This document shows positions 8,237-18,177 of a stretch of 29,166 nucleotides of DNA, in pieces. Below the pieces are notes generated by a model, which saw only the letters and a program-made list of their open reading frames with translations, searched no databases and was not told where the DNA came from. Every line of letters starts with the position of its first letter. The first letter of the stretch is position 1. This DNA comes from an uncultured archaeon (GTDB lineage Archaea > Iainarchaeota > Iainarchaeia > Iainarchaeales > GCA-2688035): positions 1-29,166 of the forward strand of contig CAYHBD010000033.1 of assembly GCA_964354805.1 (NCBI GenBank). Reading direction: 5' to 3'. Made by a program: the position numbers and the translations under genes.

Positions 8237-8744
8237 CAACCAAGCGCTTTGGGTCACTGTCATACACGATTGGCGTTTTTATTTCGCGCTTTAGGACATC
8301 CTGCTCGTATTCTTTTATCTTGTCAGCAAAGCCGCCGCTTCCAAGCAGAACACCAATTGGCCTTTCTTCAACGTAAGCAACACTGAACTCGCACATTGTG
8401 CCAATTTTGCCGCCGATTACAATTATTGCATCACAGCTTCTTACAAGGACAACGTTTCTCCCTGGGAAACCAAAGCCAGTGAAAACAACAGCATCGCAAG
8501 CATCAGTCGGATACTTATATTTCTCCCTGTGCTCTTCCTCATTCGCAGCTGGGCTCACTCCAACAACAAGCGCCCCATTTTCCTTCGCTCCCTTTGCAGC
8601 AGCCAAAGGCAATCCAATTGTTGCGCCGTAAAAGAAAATGCAATCATGCTCTGCGATTGCAGCCCCCAGCTGTTTTGCTTTTTCAAGCAGCTCTTCTGAA
8701 TGCTTTCCCAAAGCGCTGCCCATTACGCCGATTCTTAGCTTCAT
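8196..8744 (-). CDS. LOG/TIGR00725 family nucleotide-binding (phosphoribohydrolase-like) protein
   Basis: IGVMGS, AAKGAKENGALVVGVSP, GRNVVLVRSCDAIIVIGGKIGT.CE. Confidence 0.88.
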   Translation of the reverse strand: MKLRIGVMGSALGKHSEELLEKAKQLGAAIAEHDCIFFYGATIGLPLAAAKGAKENGALVVGVSPAANEEEHREKYKYPTDACDAVVFTGFGFPGRNVVLVRSCDAIIVIGGKIGTMCEFSVAYVEERPIGVLLGSGGFADKIKEYEQDVLKREIKTPIVYDSDPKRLVEKVLQALEKVRKD

Positions 8745-8755
8745 AAAAAACAGTT

Positions 8756-9463
8756 TCATTCCAGTTTTTTGCACAATTCTTTTGCTGCCTTTTTCATGTC
8801 AGGCGCTTCATACAGTGCCCTGCCCACAATTGCGTGCCAGCTGCTGCCTGCTGCTTTCGCGCTTTCACTTATTTCACCGCCTTGAGCAACCAGGCCAGGG
8901 CTGTACAGCACTGGCTTTGCTCCCTTTGATTCAAGGAATTGCTTGTAGAAAGCGATCTTCTCCGGCTTGTTTCCCGGAACAACGAAATCCTGCACGCCTA
9001 ACTGCGCTGCAATTTCATACATTCTTTTTGGCGCCTCACTTAAAATGAATCCATTGTCGTTCTGCAGGAAAGCAGCATGAGTCATTTCACCGCCGACGAT
9101 TACGCCTAAGCCTGCTTTTTGGGCAGCTTGAATGAATGCTTTTTCTGTTTCAGGCCCTGATAATGGGAAAAAAATCACTGCATCAACGCCCGCATTTTTG
9201 CAGACTACCGCAAACTTTTCCGCGACATCCGGAATGTCTGTCGCTGCCTTCTGGTGGTCGTAAATAAGCGGTGCTTCAATGAATTTTCTTGCAGTTTTCA
9301 CCAATTTTGGCAAACCATAGCGCAGCGCAAGCTGAAAGCCGATTTTGTAAGCGCCAATCCCTTTTACATCAGCTGTTTCTTTTACCAGATGCTCGAATTT
9401 TTTCAAGTCAGCAATATCGCATGCTGGGATAATGCTTCTGTCTGCTTCAATTATTTTCTTCAT
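8756..9463 (-). CDS. pyrF: Orotidine-5'-phosphate decarboxylase
   Basis: IIPACD, YKIG, DHQKAATDIP, VVPGNKP, SPGLVAQGG, AIVGRALY. Confidence 0.93.
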   Translation of the reverse strand: MKKIIEADRSIIPACDIADLKKFEHLVKETADVKGIGAYKIGFQLALRYGLPKLVKTARKFIEAPLIYDHQKAATDIPDVAEKFAVVCKNAGVDAVIFFPLSGPETEKAFIQAAQKAGLGVIVGGEMTHAAFLQNDNGFILSEAPKRMYEIAAQLGVQDFVVPGNKPEKIAFYKQFLESKGAKPVLYSPGLVAQGGEISESAKAAGSSWHAIVGRALYEAPDMKKAAKELCKKLE

Positions 9464-9548
9464 TTCTGCATCACCTTTTCTGACTCCTGCTTTTTGCTCA
9501 ATTTTATTGCTTTAATTAATTTTTTCCCTTTGTCCTCATCTTCTTCTT

Positions 9549-9857
9549 TTATTTCTTCCTCAGCAGCGTAATTAATTGCTTTACCTTCCGCTCAAGTGTT
9601 ATTTTAAGCATTTCTTGTTCTGCTTCTCTCTTAAGGGCACCCGCACCGAGTCGGTCTGCGAACATAGAAGCAGCCAAACCCTTGCCCTGCCATTCCTTTT
9701 CTCCCTTCAGAAGATTTTTTTGCTTTGCTTTTAATTCATCAATTTCTTCTTGCAGACGAGGTATCTGTATTTCAAGCATTTTCCTTTTGATACTTTTCAG
9801 CAAAGCATGCCTCAAAGCAGTATTGGCTCGTCTTATTCTTCCAATTTTCTTAATCAT
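9549..9857 (-). CDS. Orphan basic coiled-coil protein (102 aa)
   Basis: ATG overlaps pyrE stop (ATGATTAA) with SD GGTGA upstream; [12 protein letters not shown].. Confidence 0.65.
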   Translation of the reverse strand: MIKKIGRIRRANTALRHALLKSIKRKMLEIQIPRLQEEIDELKAKQKNLLKGEKEWQGKGLAASMFADRLGAGALKREAEQEMLKITLERKVKQLITLLRKK

Positions 9858-10488
9858 GCCCTTTTTCACCAGCGTGCTTTTCACTCCATTGCTGTGGCGC
9901 TGCGAAGTATTCCTTTATTGAATCAAATTGCTCTTTGCTGATTTTTTTGTTTTTAAGCAGAATCTGCAGCATTTCGCTTACCGTGAAAACGGTGTGCAGC
10001 TGGTAGCCTTTTTCCAGCAGTTCCTTTTTGCCGCCCTGCTCCCTGTCAACCAATACAACAATGTCCTTTACTTTCAAGCCAGCTCCCTCCAACGGAGAGA
10101 TTGCCTCAAACTTGCTTGCCCCAGTTGTAATCAGGTCATCGTACACAAGAATTGTTTCCCCTGCCTTGAATTCACCTTCAATCTCCCTTTTTGTTCCATA
10201 ATCCTTCTGCTCTTTTCTCGGGTAAATCATTGAATAGTTTCCCTGCAGGCTCACAGCTGTTGCAATTGGGATTGCTGCATAGGGAATTCCGGCAATCCTG
10301 TCAAAATGCAGTGGCTTTGTAATTTTAATCAGCTCGCCTGCAACATTGCGCAAAACATTTGGATAAGATACAAGCACCCTCAAATCAATGTAAATCGGGC
10401 TCAGCAATCCGCTCTTCAAAGTGAACAAGCCGAATTTGACCGCGCCGATTTCGAACAACTCGCTGCACAATTTTTCTTTACTGTTCAT
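9850..10488 (-). CDS. pyrE: Orotate phosphoribosyltransferase
   Basis: [45 protein letters not shown]; SD AAGGGGG before ATG 10488. Confidence 0.96.
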   Translation of the reverse strand: MNSKEKLCSELFEIGAVKFGLFTLKSGLLSPIYIDLRVLVSYPNVLRNVAGELIKITKPLHFDRIAGIPYAAIPIATAVSLQGNYSMIYPRKEQKDYGTKREIEGEFKAGETILVYDDLITTGASKFEAISPLEGAGLKVKDIVVLVDREQGGKKELLEKGYQLHTVFTVSEMLQILLKNKKISKEQFDSIKEYFAAPQQWSEKHAGEKGHD

Positions 10489-10519
10489 TAATAATCCCCC
10501 TTTTAAGTCATCTAGATTC

Positions 10520-10942
10520 TTATATGATTCTTTTTTCTGCATTTCTAATTGTTTTTTCCTCAGTATCAATTAAAAATGTCCCAAGATCTCTTCTTTCCTT
10601 GCTGGTCAGGTCCTCCCCTGTGCACACCTTAAAATAAACATAGCGCTCATTTGAACTAACCCTGTCTACGATATAAGTGTATTGCCCAACGCTGGTACTT
10701 TCATGCATTTGCAGTTTAGCCCAAACCGCTTGTGTAATTTTTGGAAACCAGCCACTGCCAATTGTTCTTAATTCAACAACCATGTGCAATGCGGGTATTC
10801 TATTTTCAAGTGCTTTTTTATTTTCTCCACTTAACCTTCCTTGTCTCGTTAGCTTTCTCAGTTGCCGCTCTCTTTTTTTCGCCGTTCTCATCTTCTTTGC
10901 GATAGATTCCCCCGAATATCCCCTGTGTTTGCCTCTCCCCAT
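10520..10942 (-). CDS. Orphan basic protein (140 aa)
   Basis: ORF with AAGGGG SD before ATG 10942; MGRGKHRG...[12 protein letters not shown]; AT-rich. Confidence 0.7.
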   Translation of the reverse strand: MGRGKHRGYSGESIAKKMRTAKKRERQLRKLTRQGRLSGENKKALENRIPALHMVVELRTIGSGWFPKITQAVWAKLQMHESTSVGQYTYIVDRVSSNERYVYFKVCTGEDLTSKERRDLGTFLIDTEEKTIRNAEKRII

Positions 10943-10999
10943 TTTTAATTGCCCCTTAATCAATTAAGCTTCCCTGAAACAAAAGCTTTTCCTTTGAAC

Positions 11000-11456
11000 T
11001 CATTGCTCATCCTGCCTCTTTACAACCTTTCTCTGTAATCCGGAAGAACGGATTATTCCTGCTCCAGTGATTCTACCCCCCCTTAAGAAGCCTTAGAGTT
11101 GTCTTCCTTTTTTGTTCGGCCTCTCGCGCCCTCTTGTTTCCAGTTGGTCCACGAAACCTTATAGACATTGTTATCCCCACCTTTCCTTTGGATTCATTCA
11201 ACAACTCCCTAATAATTCTGACTATTTTGTTAACTTAAATTCCGGTTCTTGTTCCATCTGTTTCGCCTTTTGCAATCTTTTTCCTTTGCTTAACTTCATC
11301 TTGAATCATTTTTTTTGCTAAAGGGCTTGTAACCTTGCTGGCTTGGTTTGCAACTCTTTGCGTTTCTGCATCAAAGCCACTTGTCAGCTGTTGTTGGACC
11401 CGCTTTTTAGATCTCCGCGCAGTCCACCAATTCCGAATCCTTAATCTAAATTTCAT
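11000..11456 (-). pseudogene. Decayed or split basic orphan (73-aa ORF 11235-11456, in-frame continuation to 11073, frameshift at a G7 run)
   Basis: After TAA at 11235 the same frame continues VNKIVRIIRELLNESKGKVGITMSIRFRGPTGNKRAREAEQKRKTTLRLLKGG*; removing one G from 11076-11082 extends it to TGA at 11000. Confidence 0.45.
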
Positions 11457-11528
11457 TCAATTACCCCCTTGAACTCTTTCAAATTAATTCAGCCTTCATT
11501 TAATAAAACTTTTTTTTATGCAAATTAA

Positions 11529-12815
11529 TTAAACAACATTTCCATTTTGCATTGCAACTTTTCCTGCAACAATTGTCTGCACTGGCGAGCCCTGCAATTC
11601 CCAGGTTGCGAACGGGCTCCAGTTGCACTTGGTCTTAAGCCTGCCGTTCTTTATTGTCTGCTTCTTCTGCAAATCAATCAGAGTGAGGTCAGCATCATTT
11701 CCTGTTTTAATTTCTCCCTTGCTTTCAAAGCCGTAAAGCTTTGCCGGATTGCTGCAGCAAAGTTCAACCACTTTGCGCAACTCAATTTTTTCCTTGTTCA
11801 CTGAATCCAAAAGCAAGGGCAGCATTGTTTCAATACCGGGAATGCCGCTTGGCGCCTCCCAGTAACTCTTTTCCTTTTCCTCTTTTGTGTGCGGGGCATG
11901 GTCTGTTGCAATCAAATCAATAACGCCCTGCCTGATTCCCTTCCATAGCGCATTAACATCCTCTTTGCCCTTCAAGCTTGGATTCATTTTAGCAAAATTC
12001 CCCAGCTTCTCTGTTGCTTCCTCTGTCAAAAACAGGTAGTGCGGCGCTGTTTCGCAGGTAATGCCATCCCTTGATTCCTTTGCCTCTTTAATCAATTCAA
12101 GTCCTTGCGCGCTGCTTACGTGCAGAATGTGCAGCCTGTTTCCAATCTCTTCCTGCAGCCTCAATGCTTTTTCTATTGCCTTTGCCTCTGCTTCGCAGGT
12201 CCTGATTTTTGAATGGTAGCGCGCGTGATTCCACCCTTTCTCTTTTGCAATCGCGGTGTTCGCTTTTATTATTTCTTCGTCCTCTGCATGCACTGTTACA
12301 ATAATGCCCCTTTGTTTTGCAATTGAAAAAATCTTTCTCAAAATGTTTTCGTCAGTAACAAGCAGGTTGCCAGTGCTTGCGCCCAAAAAAACCTTGATGG
12401 AAGCAATTCCTTCAGCAGCCTGCAGTTCCTGCATGTTATCATTGCTTGCGCCAAAGTGAAAAGAGAAATTGCATTTGCTGTCAGCTTTTGCAATCTCGTT
12501 CTTTTGTAGCAGCGCTTCCCTTGTTGTGCAGCTTGGGTTGTTGTTCGGCATGTCAATTACTGTTGTAACGCCGCCTGCAACAGCCGCGCTGCTCCCTGTT
12601 TTCCAATCCTCTTTGTATTCCGCTCCCGGAACCCTAAAGTGCACATGGGCATCAATCAGCCCGGGCAGCAGAATCTTTCCCCTGCAATCAATCCTCTTTG
12701 GCGCATTCGCTGTCTGTTCGATTGCAGCAATCTTCCCATTTCGCACAAGAACGCTTTTCGGCTGCAGTTTTCCCGCAACGAAAACCAAAGCGTTTTCAAG
12801 AACAAAGTCCATCAT
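11529..12815 (-). CDS. pyrC: Dihydroorotase
   Basis: PGLIDAHVHFRVPG, GGVTTVIDMPN, KMNPSL, IATDHAPH; SD GGAGG before ATG 12815. Confidence 0.95.
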   Translation of the reverse strand: MMDFVLENALVFVAGKLQPKSVLVRNGKIAAIEQTANAPKRIDCRGKILLPGLIDAHVHFRVPGAEYKEDWKTGSSAAVAGGVTTVIDMPNNNPSCTTREALLQKNEIAKADSKCNFSFHFGASNDNMQELQAAEGIASIKVFLGASTGNLLVTDENILRKIFSIAKQRGIIVTVHAEDEEIIKANTAIAKEKGWNHARYHSKIRTCEAEAKAIEKALRLQEEIGNRLHILHVSSAQGLELIKEAKESRDGITCETAPHYLFLTEEATEKLGNFAKMNPSLKGKEDVNALWKGIRQGVIDLIATDHAPHTKEEKEKSYWEAPSGIPGIETMLPLLLDSVNKEKIELRKVVELCCSNPAKLYGFESKGEIKTGNDADLTLIDLQKKQTIKNGRLKTKCNWSPFATWELQGSPVQTIVAGKVAMQNGNVV

Positions 12816-12838
12816 TACTGCCTCCATTGCACAAATTC
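12815..12838 (-). repeat. Relic copy of the pyrK 3' end directly upstream of pyrC
   Basis: GAA TTT GTG CAA TGG AGG CAG TAA (EFVQWRQ*) vs pyrK end GAG TTT GCT GAA TGG AGA CAG ACT TAA (EFAEWRQT*). Confidence 0.75.
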
Positions 12839-12845
12839 ATATTTT

Positions 12846-13415
12846 TCAATTATTTTTTATGCCAAAATCTATTCTAATTTTTTTCACTTCTTTTCTGGTT
12901 TCGAGAAAAAACCTGAGAAACTGCTTCATCTTTCTTTTGCTGCCAAGCTCTTCTACAAGCTTTTGCTGTAAGCCCAACAAAGAGGGGTGGCGCAGGAACT
13001 CTTCCCTTGGTTTGTCCCAATCCATTAACTGGGCTGTTTTTTTAAATACTTCTTGCACAATTCCCTGAATTCTTTTTACTTTGTCCTGGTCTTTTTCTGT
13101 GTTAATTATCCCCATCCTGTTCAAAGCGGCTTTAGCGCTAATGTCATTCATTGCTTCACTCATTTTTGGCCGAGCCCTTTTAATTACAACCCCGGCATCA
13201 TTCTGTGAAAAGGTTTTCTTGCCAGTTTCTTTCAACAATGCCTGTGCCTCATCCCAAATTATTCTTCTACAAACCATGCTAACCAAGTTTGCTGAAGGCC
13301 CGCGTTGTCCCCACAATCTGGCTTTACCTCTTGCCCTCTTCACCGCTTTCTTTTTGGCCCTCTGCCCCGCTGTTAAGCCAAAGCGCTCAGCAATTTTTGC
13401 AATTCTTCCCTTCAT
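12846..13415 (-). CDS. Orphan basic protein (189 aa)
   Basis: ATG abuts pyrK stop; MKGRIAKIAERFGLTAGQRAKKKAVKRARGKAR.. Confidence 0.75.
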   Translation of the reverse strand: MKGRIAKIAERFGLTAGQRAKKKAVKRARGKARLWGQRGPSANLVSMVCRRIIWDEAQALLKETGKKTFSQNDAGVVIKRARPKMSEAMNDISAKAALNRMGIINTEKDQDKVKRIQGIVQEVFKKTAQLMDWDKPREEFLRHPSLLGLQQKLVEELGSKRKMKQFLRFFLETRKEVKKIRIDFGIKNN

Positions 13416-14231
13416 TTAAGTCTGTCTCCATTCAGCAAACTCTTTGATTGAAACAGGTTTACCGCACTTCAGCAGCGCGCTTGCGCCGAACTCAGGCATC
13501 TGCCGCAGTTGTGCGCTGTTGAAAACAGGGCCGTCCTTGCATACGAGGAATTTTCCGATTGCGCAGCTTCCGCACAGGCCCATGCCGCCGCACCGCATGA
13601 ATCGTTCTAAATTCAGCTGGCACTGCACTTTGTGCTTCTCGCACAGCTCAAACACTTTTTTCAGCATCACTTCTGGTCCGCAGCCAAAAACCATGTCAAA
13701 TTTCTCTTTTGCAAGCAGCCTTTGCAAGGGGGCAGTAACAAACCCTTTTTCACCAAGGCTGCCATCATCAGTGGTTATGTAGAAGTTGGCTGATAGTTTG
13801 CCAAGCCTTTTGTTGAAAAGGCATTCTTTTCCTGTTTTTGCTCCGTTTATTATTGTTGTTTTTATTTTCTTTTTTTGCAATTCTTCAGCAAGCAATAGAA
13901 TTGGGGCTGCTCCGCAGCCGCCTGCAACAATGCAGGCTTTCTTTGCTCCCTTAATATCAAATCCTTTTCCATATGGGCCCCTTATTCCTAACTTATCGCC
14001 CTCTTTTAATTCAAACAATTTTTCCGTGAATTTACCTTTTTGCTGAACTGTTACAGCGCATTCCTTCCCTGCTGCCGTGAGCGTGAATGGCTTTTCATCA
14101 ATGCCAGGCAGCCAAACCATTGCGAACTGGCCTGGCGCTGCTTGCATTGCGTAATCCAGGTAAAAAGTCTTTATGCTCGGCGTTTCCTGCACAATTTTTT
14201 TTATTGCTGCAATTGCTGGCTTTTCAGTCAT
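13416..14231 (-). CDS. pyrK: Dihydroorotate dehydrogenase electron transfer subunit
   Basis: PGQFAMVW, GIRGPYGKGF, VAGGCG, CGPEVM, ERFMRCGGMGLCGSC...VCKDGPVF; SD GGTGA. Confidence 0.95.
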   Translation of the reverse strand: MTEKPAIAAIKKIVQETPSIKTFYLDYAMQAAPGQFAMVWLPGIDEKPFTLTAAGKECAVTVQQKGKFTEKLFELKEGDKLGIRGPYGKGFDIKGAKKACIVAGGCGAAPILLLAEELQKKKIKTTIINGAKTGKECLFNKRLGKLSANFYITTDDGSLGEKGFVTAPLQRLLAKEKFDMVFGCGPEVMLKKVFELCEKHKVQCQLNLERFMRCGGMGLCGSCAIGKFLVCKDGPVFNSAQLRQMPEFGASALLKCGKPVSIKEFAEWRQT

Positions 14232-14919
14232 TTCTTTTTTCACCCAGCGCTGTTTTTACAATGTTTTCAATTAACTCAATGCCTTTTTTTGAGTCAGCTG
14301 GCAATTTTTCTGCAAGCTTTTTAATCATTGTTTCGCCGATCATTGCTGTCCTAAGCAATTGGGTTTCGTTCAGGGATTCTGCATGGCCTGGTCCTCCAAA
14401 TGTAGCTTCTCTCCTTATGATTGCAAGGTTTGCTCTTGCGTTCTCTTCTATTGTTTCTAAATATTTCTGAATTTCTGGTTTGCTTTCCCTGAATTCGCTC
14501 CGCGCTTTTTGTATTATTTGCACAGCAGCTGAAAAAACGTTTTCTGTTTTTTCTATCGAGGTGTGCTCGGTAAAAGCCCTCCATACCGCTATTCTGATTG
14601 TTTCAGCATCCGCAATCAATTGAAACATTGCTTTCTCACCCTGTGTTGCAATGTCTCCCCTTTTGCCTGTTTTCCAGAGCCCCTGCAAAAAGGCTTTCTG
14701 CAAACCAAGCCTCAAAATTGCTCTGCCGCCCGGGCTTTCAGCCAATTTGTGCTGCTGTATTATTTCATCAGCCAAATCATGCAGGCGCATTTTTCTCATC
14801 ATTTCTCCAATGCCATGCGCCAGAGCGCCTTTGTCGCTTTTAAATTTAATTATGCCTCTTTTTATTGACTTTCTTCCGCGGCCCCTGCTTTGCCCACCAG
14901 ACATTTGCCTTTTAGCCAT
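14224..14919 (-). CDS. Orphan helical protein (231 aa) with basic N-terminus
   Basis: ATG overlaps pyrD stop (ATGGCTAA) and its stop overlaps pyrK start (ATGACTGA); MAKRQMSGGQSRGRGRKSIKR.. Confidence 0.75.
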   Translation of the reverse strand: MAKRQMSGGQSRGRGRKSIKRGIIKFKSDKGALAHGIGEMMRKMRLHDLADEIIQQHKLAESPGGRAILRLGLQKAFLQGLWKTGKRGDIATQGEKAMFQLIADAETIRIAVWRAFTEHTSIEKTENVFSAAVQIIQKARSEFRESKPEIQKYLETIEENARANLAIIRREATFGGPGHAESLNETQLLRTAMIGETMIKKLAEKLPADSKKGIELIENIVKTALGEKRND

Positions 14920-15826
14920 GCGTTGCACCCCTTATCTCATCCAAGCTTTTCACTCCGTTCTTTTTCATCCACTCTTCCATTTCCCTGCAGACTTTTTTGA
15001 AAACGCCAATTCCATGGTAATAAACGCCGCTGCCAATTCCAACAGCTGTTGCCCCTGCTTCAATGAATTCAATTGCATCCAATCCTGAATTAATTCCGCC
15101 CATCCCAAGGACTGGAATCTTCACTGCCTCGTATATTTGGTAAACGCATCTCAGTGCAATGGGCTTTATTGCCGGTCCTGATATTCCTCCGAATTTGTTT
15201 GCAAGCAATGGCTTTCTTGCTTGCGTATCAATCAGCATTCCTGGACCGAGAGTGTTTATTGCGCAGATTGCATCAGCGCCTGCTTTCTCGCAAGCGCTTG
15301 CAATAGCGGCAATGTCCAATGCCTGCGGTGTAAGCTTTGGCATTATTGGAATGCCTGCAGAAACTTTTTTCACTGCGCTTACAACCTCTCCAGCAACAGC
15401 ACAGTCAACCCCGAATGGCTGCCCTTGGCCTTTGCTGTGCGGGCAAGACATGTTTAATTCAATCATTGCAGGCTTGTGCTGGGCAACAAATTCAGCAATG
15501 GCTGCATATTCCTCAACGCTGTTTGCGTAAACTGATGCAATAACAGGAATATTGCATTTTGCAAGGGCTGAAAGCTCTTCCCCCAGATTTTTGTAGCCTG
15601 GGGAAGGCAGCCCAACGGCGTTTATCAGGCCGTGCTCCCATTCAATTACTGTCGGGTTTGCATAGCCGTCTTTTTCGCAAGGACCAATGCTTTTTGTTGT
15701 TACTGCGCCTGCTCCGCCTTCCTTTACAACGCGCAGCATCAGTTCAGCTGTTGTTCCAAGAATGCCTGAAGCCAGAACAGTTGGGTTGCTCAACCTAATT
15801 CCTGCAAAATTTGTCTGCAATTGCAA
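14912..15826 (-). CDS. pyrD: Dihydroorotate dehydrogenase family 1B catalytic subunit (TTG start, 15826 or 15829)
   Basis: NPTVLASG, GAVTTKS, ELNMSCPH, AINT, GGISGPAIKPIAL, GMGGI. Confidence 0.96.
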   Translation of the reverse strand: MQLQTNFAGIRLSNPTVLASGILGTTAELMLRVVKEGGAGAVTTKSIGPCEKDGYANPTVIEWEHGLINAVGLPSPGYKNLGEELSALAKCNIPVIASVYANSVEEYAAIAEFVAQHKPAMIELNMSCPHSKGQGQPFGVDCAVAGEVVSAVKKVSAGIPIMPKLTPQALDIAAIASACEKAGADAICAINTLGPGMLIDTQARKPLLANKFGGISGPAIKPIALRCVYQIYEAVKIPVLGMGGINSGLDAIEFIEAGATAVGIGSGVYYHGIGVFKKVCREMEEWMKKNGVKSLDEIRGATHG

Positions 15827-15873
15827 CAAAACCCGCTAAGAATTGAGTTTGATTATTTATTTAAAGATAGCGC
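15824..15873 (-). promoter_or_regulatory. pyrD-operon promoter/leader; TATA probably shared with divergent rpe
   Basis: GCGCTATCTTTAAATAAA...GGGTTTTGTTG; 37/50 identical to the pyrB upstream region. Confidence 0.7.
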
Positions 15874-15889
15874 CCTTTCAGCTTTTTGC

Positions 15890-16546
15890 ATGCCGATAAT
15901 TTCTGCCTCAATTCTTTCATCCGATGTGTGCGATTTGGCCAAGCATTTGCCTGAACTGTGCAAAGAAACAGATTGGCTGCACATTGATGTAATGGACGGC
16001 AATTTTGTTCCAAACATCACTTTTGGATTCCCTGTGATCAAGAGCCTGCGCAATAAAACAAAGATGTTTCTTGACACGCACCTGATGATTGCAAATCCGG
16101 AAAAATATTTTGCTCGGTTTGCTGAAAGCGGAGCAAATTTGATTTGCTTTCATGGTGAAACGGTAAAAGAGCCTGCAAAGGCAATTAAAGAAGTAACTGA
16201 TTTGGGCTGCAAGGTTGGAATGGCTGTAAACAATGGCGTTGATGTTGAAAGCGTTTTTCCTTTCCTCAGCAAACTTGACCTTGTGCTGGTTATGGGCGTG
16301 CAGGCAGGCTTTGGGGCGCAGCAATTCATTGAAAAGAATTTTGAGAAGGTTTCCGCTGTTAAGGGAAAAATAATACAAGAGAAAGTGCATGCGCTTGTTT
16401 CTGTTGACGGCGGTGTCAATGCGCAGAATGGAAAAAGATTGATTGAGGCAGGCGCTGATGTTTTGGTTATTGGAAACTCAATTTTCGGCTCTGGCAATCC
16501 GTTGCAGAATGTAAAAAGTTTGAAGCAAATGCTTTCAATCAAGTGA
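15890..16546 (+). CDS. rpe: Ribulose-phosphate 3-epimerase
   Basis: ISASILS, HIDVMDGNFVPNITFG, DTHLM, VDGGVN, GADVLVIG. Confidence 0.95.
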   Translation: MPIISASILSSDVCDLAKHLPELCKETDWLHIDVMDGNFVPNITFGFPVIKSLRNKTKMFLDTHLMIANPEKYFARFAESGANLICFHGETVKEPAKAIKEVTDLGCKVGMAVNNGVDVESVFPFLSKLDLVLVMGVQAGFGAQQFIEKNFEKVSAVKGKIIQEKVHALVSVDGGVNAQNGKRLIEAGADVLVIGNSIFGSGNPLQNVKSLKQMLSIK

Positions 16547-16581
16547 AATTATATTTTTGGGCATCTTTCAAGAAATTGGCT

Positions 16582-17040
16582 TTATTTGATTGCCTGCATT
16601 ATTTCCTCGGCTGAGATTGTTTTTTCGCAGTAATAGCATTTTGCTTTCAGCGGGTTTTGCGTCAGCGAGAATTTTGTTGGCAGGCTTTCCACATTTGAAA
16701 TGCATTTTGGGTTCATGCACTTTATCAGGCCGCTTGCCTGCTTTGGCAGCATTATTTTCTCTTTTTTCTTTATGCCTTTGCCTTTTATTATGTTGATTGT
16801 GCCGCCTGCTGCAATCAAAGCAATTTTTTCAATCTCTTCTTTGCTCAATGCCTTTCCCTCAATGAAAACCAGGTCTTTTCTGCCCATTCTCCTGCTTTCA
16901 GTGTTTATTGCAACAGTAACAGTGTCACGCGGCCTGTCAAGGCCGAGGATTTCAATTATTTTCAATGCAGCCCCAACAGGCAAATGGTCCAAAACAGTAC
17001 CATTCGAAATAGGCATCAATCTTACGTCATTTTTTTTCAT
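16582..17040 (-). CDS. pyrI: Aspartate carbamoyltransferase regulatory chain
   Basis: NGTVLDH, GRKDL, CMNPKCISN..CYYCE Zn site. Confidence 0.96.
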   Translation of the reverse strand: MKKNDVRLMPISNGTVLDHLPVGAALKIIEILGLDRPRDTVTVAINTESRRMGRKDLVFIEGKALSKEEIEKIALIAAGGTINIIKGKGIKKKEKIMLPKQASGLIKCMNPKCISNVESLPTKFSLTQNPLKAKCYYCEKTISAEEIMQAIK

Positions 17041-17055
17041 TCAAGTCACTTTGAT

Positions 17056-18032
<977 letters not shown>

Positions 18033-18177
18033 ATTGGGCCATGTTTCTCGCTGACTGGACCCTGCAGCCAATTATGTATAACTGCTTTTTTGATTATGTT
18101 TAATTCGGGTGCGATTGCTTTAAATTTGTTTTCAATAGGGATAATTTTTATCGTTTAAGGAAAAAAAAAATCCGGGG

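Noticed and set aside
10970-11230. Possible ncRNA or riboswitch (hairpin TAATCCG-GAAGAA-CGGATTA)
   Set aside because: Better explained as decayed coding sequence; one hairpin is insufficient
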